Source: Chrysomallon squamiferum | Lineage: Eukaryota; Animalia; Mollusca | Direction: 5' to 3' | Assembly (NCBI GenBank): GCA_012295275.1 | Contig: CM022672.1 | Span: forward strand, 21,452,001-21,516,000 | DNA: 64,000 bases | Part shown: one piece after another, positions 55,022 through 64,000 of the stretch | Position numbering within the stretch: the stretch's first letter is position 1 | How the letters are laid out: each line of letters begins with the position of its first letter | Position numbers and translations under genes: made by a program | Notes under the pieces: model-generated | Databases searched by the model: none | Seen by the model: only the letters and a program-made list of their open reading frames with translations | Told to the model about the DNA's origin: nothing

Positions 55022-56067
55022 TATGTCTTAATGTCACGAGAATGTTATTTTATATTTTAAAATCACATCTTGGAGAAGAAATACAAAAAATTCTTAATAT
55101 TACAGCACAATAAATAAATAAAATAAGAACATGAACAGTTGTTAATTTGATAGAATTTCAACAAAGATGGTTTGTTATTTGAATTACTTCATTACACAAA
55201 TAATGTTTGTGTGTCTATTCTACATGTGGATGTGAATCATTCAGAAGCCTTGAACTGAGGTAGGTAAAAGTTTTTTTTTGTCCTGTAAGTGTAAAATTTA
55301 ACAAACAAAATATGCTGGTGGGTACGAGTATGAACAAAATCATTGTTTACAAAGTCATGGACATTGCCACAAATCGTTTTGGCTAGCATGAATTAAAGCA
55401 TATACATTTGGAGAGTTTAGTTTTCTTATTAAAAAAAATAAAAATACAAATACAAATAAAAATAAATAAATAAAATAAAATAAAATAAAATAAATTAAAA
55501 TTGTTCCAGATAACAAAAAATCTATTTCTTGAACAAATACCTATTTAGAAATATGAGATTTCAGAAAATATTCTACATTGCTAAAAAAACAAAATAGCAG
55601 TCAATAAATACTGGGGTCAGTTACCAGATTAATATGATCTTAATTTTTGAATATTTTTTGAAATTATCAATGTTTATTTATCTTTAAATAGAGAAATTTA
55701 TTATTAATAATATTTATTTATTTATATTACATCCTTGGGGGAGGCTGTCAAGGATTCCATTAAAATATCGATGGTCTAAACAGTTAGCTGATTAACGATA
55801 ATTAGATTTAAACTGTCACTGAACCTTAAAAAAAAACATTTAAATATATTTTTTTAATATTCCACACTGGAATTTTTCAGTTAGCAGTAATAAATTTGTA
55901 AATAAAAATCAAACTATAAAACATCAACATGTGAAGTGAAATGATAATAATAAACAGACCTTTTTTTTTTTTTTATTAAAGTTCAATATGAGACAGACTA
56001 TCTTCAAATATAATAAATATTGCAATAAACAAAGATTTCTGTTTCATTATTTACTTATATTAATATC

Positions 56068-56155
56068 AGAGATATAGGAATATTATGAATTCAGACAATG
56101 ATAACTAATGTAGAGATATAGGAATATTATGAATTTAGACAATGGTAACTAATGT
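56068..56155. repeat. Tandem duplication, 44-bp unit x2
   Basis: agagatataggaatattatgaatt(c/t)agacaatg(a/g)taactaatgt at 56068 and 56112. Confidence 0.95.
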
Positions 56156-56376
56156 TAACAAAAATGAATTAAAATATAAAACTCTTTAGAATATATACAT
56201 GGACTGCTGTGGAAAATGATTATCCTAAAAAAACCCACCCAAAAAACCAAAAAACAACAACAACCAACAAACAAAACATAACAACAACAACAATAAAGCT
56301 AATCCTTTCAGCATGGAGGGAATGTTATTACCACAAAGCATCAATAACCAAAATCAGTAGTTCTCATGGGTATCAC

Positions 56377-56444
<68 letters not shown>

Positions 56445-56690
56445 CAACAACAATAATAATATACTTGGTGTTCTAAATATATACAGTGTAATTATAATAA
56501 AAGGTTCAGCTTGATATGAGGCTCTGTAGTTGTGAGCTACATGGGTGGGATCATCTGTTTTCATTAACACCAGTAAATACAACACACAATATCACTTGAG
56601 AACAATTATTTCTAAAAATCTGGCCCTAGTTAAATAAGCATTAATATGCTTGGGATTAAGTGTAGTTGAATGTCTCTGTGTGTTTATTAC

Positions 56691-56731
<41 letters not shown>

Positions 56732-58229
56732 AATGTGTGTGTATATGTATGTACATGAATACATACACAAACATTCATGTACATCATCTACATGTACAAG
56801 AACATGTACACATATATATGTATTTATGCTTGTATTTACATAAAACTGACACAAACAAATTATTTGAATACTGCCATTGTAATGAAAAAGATACAATTAC
56901 TGAACTATTTTCTGAAAAACAATTTGTACAATTATCTTCAACGACATCTATAATAACTGGACATTTCAATATATACAAAACAACATCAACATCAAAATAC
57001 AACAATTATATATTTAAAATTATGTAACCAACACACAATCAGACCATTATCATCAGTGGCCAGAGAAAACTAATGTCAGTTATTAAACCATAGACACTGT
57101 TATCTTCAGTTACTAATTCTAACTCATTTTTATTTGTTATAAAACTGGATGAATCAAGAACTGTACTTTCTCTGTAACTACCTTTTTTTTTTTTTTTCCC
57201 CCAGTTATAGTTATAACACTTAGGCATTAATGATTAAAGCTACATGTTATTTTATCAGTTACAATTTTTTTTAAAAATAAAATGCTGCAACTCAGTTTTC
57301 TGTTATAAAACCTGTCAATATCTACTATTGCAGTTTATTATATCTTTCTATTTTTCAATTATAAAACAATCTGCAGTCTTCCCACCTAGCAAAACTATTG
57401 CCATTATCTACACTGAGCAATGATGATCATTTTAAACATCAGATGGCTTGCTTGTCATTGTAATCTTAGACCAACAAACAAGCAAAGATAATTAACTTAT
57501 AATCAAATAATGAAATGAAAACAACAAATGACTAAAGTGCAATTATATTACACAGCTCATTAATAATGTGAAACAAATTTATATATAGCGGTGATAAAGC
57601 ATATTAAGTGTAAAACAACTTTAGCACTCAATACCTTTTGTTCCTTCGATGATTCTGTGGGGTCAGATACGATTCATGTGAACATTAGCACTACATAGTA
57701 ATATAAAAAAAAAAAAAAAAATTGTAAATATATGATTAATTATAAGAAATCTGAATATAGGATCAAAATAAATGTAATTTGGAAATGCTAAGAAATTATC
57801 AAAATAAATGTAAATTAGAAATGCTAACAAAGTATAAAAATAAATGTGAAGTAAAAAAATTAAAACACAAATACTCAAAAACTGAACTGTAACTAAAAAA
57901 GTGTAATATGCAAAACTTAATATTTAATGAAACACCATGTCATTTCTTTGTGGGCATCAAACACATATAGTGAAAAAGAACAATCGTCTATGTAGTGTAA
58001 TAAAGGAACATCCAAGTAAGCAGAAATTATCAATTTAAAATACTGTATGGCAACACAACGAACAATTTAAAAAAGAAAGAAGAAAATCTGCAATGGCATG
58101 GAATTTAAGTATTCTGAAAAATACCATTTCTTTGTGTCTGAATCAATATTTTAGTAACCAATAAAAATGATTTACAAAACTTACATTAATACACAATTAT
58201 TAAGTACATAAATTCAAATAGTGAGTTTT

Positions 58230-58560
58230 ACCTCAATACAAAACAGTGATACTACTGATTTTTATATCAATACAAAATACTCACTCCTACTTAATTATAA
58301 AAATGTAACTCCTATATGAATATAAAATATTGCCTCCTGCATCCGAACAAAATCCTCATGCAAACACTAAAAGAAAATATTGATTCTCCTGTTAGTACAA
58401 AATACCAGCTCCTAAATGATATAGAAAATGACTCCTACATGAACACAATGATTCCTATACCAGAACAAAATAATGACTGATATATCAAATACAAAATATT
58501 GATTCCTACATTAAAACAGAATACAAATGCTTAATCAATACCACAGAATACAACATTCAA
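58230..58560. repeat. Degenerate minisatellite, ~25-bp unit
   Basis: Recurring aatacaaaata(c/t)tga(c/t)tcctac(a)t-like unit, roughly ten or more diverged copies. Confidence 0.75.
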
Positions 58561-60160
58561 ATTAGAATAGTTAATTTTTAAATAAATTTATTTGGAAACT
58601 AAATAAAATCATAAATATTTGAATTATTTATATTGCTATATATCCAGTATTTAATTATCTCTAAATCTTTTAATATACTGATTCTATCAAATATATTTTT
58701 TCATTTTTTATTTTTTATTTTTTTAAATTTCTACACATATTTTAAAAACACTAACTTTTCTAGTAGGTAAAACATACAACATATAAATTTTATACAGTTT
58801 TATTTTACTTAACTTTACATCTGAGATTTTACACTATAAGGTAAAATAATAACTAATATCTGAAAAAAAAAAAAAAATTTCAACAAAATGTGCTTAACTT
58901 TTGAAAATTCCACTTTTACCTTTACTTTAATATTCACTATTTAATTATAATTATTTTAAAAAAAAAAAAAAAAAAGCAGAAAACCAGAGTAAACATACAT
59001 TCAAAATATGAAGTTATTAATATATTTTGAGCAAAATATAGGATTGTTTTCAGCATTATTGGTTCAAAACTCCTTTAGTCAGATTGTCATAAACTTTTAA
59101 TTCCATAATTTGCTTACAATGCAGGATGTTGTCAATGAGGGACAGTAAAATGGTAGGTGTTGATCCTGGGTGTCAGTAAATATCTAGCGGTAAAAATAAG
59201 GGTCCATAAACCAACATATGATTGTGGTAGTGGTTGTACAGGTATAAACATTTTTCTTTTCATCTTTTGAAATTTTTTAATTATCAAAATTTATTTATCT
59301 TTAAATAGAGAAATTATTACTGAATCAAGCCTTGATGAAATAATGAACAAATATATTAAATTATATTATTAGCTAAAAAATTATTTACTTTCCATTCTTT
59401 ACTTCCCTTTCATTGTGAGTATAAATGCATTTTGTGTCATCATTTTCTTATTTTTTCCAGTATTATTTTATAATTACATACAGGATCACATATGAACAGT
59501 TATGGAATAAAAAATTGTAATAGAATGAATTAATTTGTTCTTTTAACTTTAAACTTATGAAAGAAGGTAAAACTGTAAAGAAATATCAAACATAATAAAA
59601 TACAGATTAAATGAAAAAGATCACAATTTGAAATGATATATAAAATAAAAATATAAAATACAGCACCAAATTTTGATCACAGTGAAAATACAACATGACA
59701 TCTTTAATTATGAAGAAAAATATTTTTCAAAAGTATGTGTATCAGTTCAAACATTATAAAATAACTTTTTTAATTACAAAGACGACAAAATAATAATAAT
59801 ACAAAATTAAGTAGAGGTGTCACTTACTAAACTTGAAAATAAGCTCCAATTTAATAAGCTTTAGAAGAATAATATATATATATAGACAAACATATACACA
59901 CGCACATACACATGCTGACACATACACAAACAAACATGTAACAACAACGATGCTTGTATTAATAAAATGAGTATTACAACATGAAGTGAAGACCCATGGA
60001 TCTTGATTAAGCTTTTAGAAGAAAAATAAATATTTTCACTAATTTTAAACTACATCATGCTGTGGAATTTAAATGTATTTCTTGTTATCAATGAGGCTGA
60101 CATTTTTATAGTGTTAAACCATCAGTGGTTGCAAAATACAGGCCTTTCTGTGTTAAAAAA

Positions 60161-60204
<44 letters not shown>

Positions 60205-60350
60205 TAAAATAAAATAAAATAAAATAAAATAAAATAAAATAAAATAAAATAACAGAAACAAAGTTGGATCTGCCACTTAAAAAAACTGGCCATAATATTT
60301 AAGTGAAAAATATAACCGTGAAGTGAGAATAACAATAAGTACAAAAACAA

Positions 60351-60384
<34 letters not shown>

Positions 60385-60505
60385 AGTTCATAGAAAATGG
60401 CACAACCTGAACAAATATTTACAGATATGAAAACAAATATTAAAAAACAATTATGGAAATTTGTATTTCAAAAACCACTCAGATTATTGATGTATGTTCA
60501 TGTGC

Positions 60506-60571
<66 letters not shown>

Positions 60572-62021
60572 CAGGGAGAGTGTGATAGCATGTGCTTAAG
60601 TGTACATAAGTATATGCCTTTGAAAATTTCAGGCCAAGTTTAAAATAAAACTTTAACATACCCATACTTGAAGAATACAGGCATCACATATCTCCTAATG
60701 CTATTTAACAAACTTAATAAGATCTATATAAAATAATGTTTCAAGGAACAAAATGAACTATATATATATATATATATATATAGCTATATACAGTACTTCA
60801 AACTAAACATTTGGAAAATATTTCTCCATTTTTCTGTTTCTAATACTATTCATAACAATAAAAACATAAACTATGTTTAGTATTCATTATCATCTTTCTT
60901 TTATTGGAGAAAGGGAATTAAAAATTTTAAAAGCAGGTATTAATTTATTTTATTTAAATAGCAGTTAATTTGACTAGAATAATTTTGTTTTGTCAGTTTT
61001 GTATCATTAAACATATTAAAAATGTTTTTTAAAAATATTTTAATTATACTATTATGTACATCAATTAATGAAGTCTTTGAAACTTGAAGTTGTGAATATG
61101 AACAAATACAGCAGTTATTTCAAAAAAAAAAATAAAGGTTTTACATGCAAAGATGTTTATTTACTGACCGATTTATATCAAAATCTTCAGATATTATCAC
61201 TGTTATATTAACAGTAATGAGTATTTAGTCACAATAGTATCAAGTTAATTTGAAAATATAATTCACTAACCTTAGATTTTAGATTTTGAAAAATATATTT
61301 TATCACTTATGATAAAAGTTCAGCAAAAGAACGTGTTTCCAAAAATAAAAATTTCATTAACCTTTGGATTATAAGAGAAACATTTCTTCATTTAAAATTC
61401 TAAAGCCTGCTATTACAAAAATATCATTCCATTGTTTTCATATACATAATCTCTCACACAGAAATATAATAATTTTTTTTTTTAATTTTTTTTTTTTTAA
61501 TTTTTGAAAACAAACATCATTCACATAATGAAATAATTGAAAACAAACATTAAAACCCACAGTCTGCAGGGAATTCCCCAGATATTGATAGCAAGCAATC
61601 TGCTATGTGCTATTTCATAAGGTATATGCACTAACATTAATCAAGACTTTAAATCTTAAATAATATTTCTATTTTACATAACATATTATATTACATATGT
61701 TATGTAACTAATTTATATTATTCACAACAATATATATGTATTTTACAGCATACATATTATTATGTATTTATATATTTTATATGTATTTCACATCATATAT
61801 TTTATATAATGTATCACTCATAAACACCATATGGCTAAACATTCAACACTCAACTGCCCTTATAAAGAAAAACGTGGGGAAAGCCTTGAGACTACATCTG
61901 TATTTGATCACAACAGTTTTCATTAACAGTTTTAATATTTAACATGGCTAGTTTGTGGGCTGGATTGCTGGATAGAACTGATATGGATTAATAAAAGACA
62001 GTCTGAGAAACACTGTCTAGT

Positions 62022-62170
62022 TTACTGTTCTTCTTTTTCAACAGTGCAGACATTTAGAAATGCCTCTTCAGTTCCTGCACTTGTGTCGATGTCCACTTTC
62101 TGAGCACTAAGGTAGTCTTGTAAATTTCGGAACACATCTTTAGGGCGTTTCTTTGAGAACTGTTCAACAT
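62022..62170 (-). CDS. ELMOD3: ELMOD3 last coding exon
   Basis: Acceptor attcttttccag|; DVEQFSKKRPKDVFRNLQDYLSAQKVDIDTSAGTEEAFLNVCTVEKEEQ*; phase 1 matches the preceding exon. Confidence 0.88.
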
Positions 62171-62802
62171 CTGGAAAAGAATTACTATCAAACTGCAGAT
62201 CTGTTTGTTTACAATAAATAATTAAATTGGTATGATTTTCAAAGAAATTTATCTGGGATTTTTGTCTTCTCATTTGGTCAGGATAGAAAAAATTTGTTCA
62301 AGCACAAATTTAAACAAAGGTCAAACAAATGTATTATTCAAATACAGTATCTATTATGTAATATATTAGAAAAGTGGGGCATTTCTAAATAGGGGTTTTA
62401 ATATGTTACCTATCATAATCAAATATTAGAATAATATTCTAGCTGGTGTGTTGTAAAGGAAATAGTTTATTTATCCATTCTCATTTCCTATTTATCCATC
62501 TTATTTTTTAATAAAATTTTAAGCCACATTTTGTTTAATTTGGCCAGAAATACTGTACAACATTTACATGTTCATAATTTAATTATAATGATGTTTAAAT
62601 GTTAAAAGATGAAATATATTCAGTTATGATCAACAAGGTACAGAATAACTATTGAAGTCACAGAGTTATTTCTCTTAGCAAATTTGATTATAAAACTTGT
62701 AATTTAAACTAGGAACATTTTCTGTTGAAGAAAAATACATCAAACCACAAAATAAATACCTAAGCAAGGTTTATCTGATTTATACAAAGGAAATTATTCT
62801 AC

Positions 62803-62927
62803 CTCTGAGAACTGATCCAGAATCTGATATAGTCTTTCCTTGTTTCCATATTCGATACAGGTGCAGAAACAGCCCAGTGTAAAAATCATTCACTACATCC
62901 ATCACTCGACCTTGTTTGTTGCAGTCC
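62803..62927 (-). CDS. ELMOD3: ELMOD3 penultimate exon
   Basis: [41 protein letters not shown] resembles ELMOD3 [42 protein letters not shown]. Phase 2-1, canonical AG/GT. Confidence 0.92.
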
Positions 62928-63480
62928 CTGGATTAAAACATCAACCATTAACAGTAATTAAAAAAAAGACTTTCTATCAAATTAACAAAAATTATCAAAT
63001 ATGCTTAACATTAATATTCTTTCTTAAGATTTAAAAATAGTTTTATTTCAATTCAAATGATTAATAATTCAATTAGTCAAACTGGTGAATGCATATTGTA
63101 CACAGATATGCATACAGGTATAGAAGATGCACATTCAAACACTTAATTGAAATGATAAACTTTTTAATTTGACCTAATTAAAGACAGTATCAATAAACAT
63201 TTACACAACATACTGACACATACAGATTTTATTTCTGTTTTAACTCTACCATATTTATACAGATAAATAATAAAATAGTAATGTACATGCATACAATTAT
63301 AGAATATGTAGTTTTATTTATTTATACATAAAATATATATTTAACATATTACTTTTTTGATTTTTGATCCAATTAAAAATATTATTAGTAAACATTTACA
63401 CAACATCCTAACCAATATCAATTTTAACCCTAACATGTTGATAGAGATAAATAATAAAATATTTATGTTACATTAGGTAC

Positions 63481-63557
63481 CTATTGAGTAAATCTTCTCT
63501 GAGAGCCTGTAGCGTAAATCTGGTCATATTCAGTCCCATAATACAAAATGGAAAATT
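63481..63557 (-). CDS. ELMOD3: ELMO domain-containing protein 3, internal exon
   Basis: NFPFCIMGLNMTRFTLQALREDLLNR resembles ELMOD3 FPFCLMSVNITxIAIQALREECLSR. Acceptor gtttttcag|; donor AG|GTACC, phase 2. Upstream exons lie beyond the window. Confidence 0.9.
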
Positions 63558-64000
63558 CTGAAAAACAATAGCAAATAAAATGCAGTTTATATGTATATAT
63601 ATATATATATATATAAAAAGGAAGTGGCAGAATTCTTGTAACAATATCAAACTTTATTATTAGCAAAGGCTGATAATTAATAATATAACCGCTTCAACTG
63701 CACTTTATATTTGATTTAAAATTCTAATACTGAGCTACATTTTTCATGTGCACACATAACAATGCTGTAAAAGGTTTTATTATTAACAAACACCAATCAT
63801 TGATAACATATAGTGACATTTTTAAAAACAAATTTGATAGTTAATGTTTATAATACTGCATTTTTCACCACTGTGTCTACATACTCTATTAGTGAGCTCC
63901 AAATTCCATCAGAAAATTTATTTTATATAATAACAAAACACTTTATAATATCTGTACACATTTACATTATGGACATCTTCTTAACTCAGTTCACTACTCT

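Overview
AT-rich, microsatellite-dense animal genomic DNA with spliceosomal introns. A lophotrochozoan/mollusc-like origin is an inference only. Three genes can be read directly. (1) A complete six-exon minus-strand gene (47991->41766, ~345 aa) for a secreted coiled-coil + C-type lectin protein with a QPD motif that lacks the inner CTLD disulfide. (2) A plus-strand POMK (protein O-mannose kinase/SGK196) homolog (50347-52044) with intact catalytic motifs, but also a 1-nt frameshift and an in-frame TGA inside a ~90-aa insertion. (3) The last three coding exons of ELMOD3 on the minus strand (63557->62022). The first ~35 kb has no recognisable long coding exon and is visibly CpG-poor; it looks like the 5' intronic part of a large minus-strand gene, with promoter-like CpG patches at ~35.1 kb and ~26.4 kb and several candidate short alternative first exons. 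Remnants of LINEs, a MULE transposase and a TTAA-flanked MITE are present, plus many micro- and minisatellites. Most ORFs in the supplied track are microsatellite or low-complexity artefacts. No prokaryote-type system (CRISPR, operon) is present. All family assignments come from recalled motifs, not from database searches.
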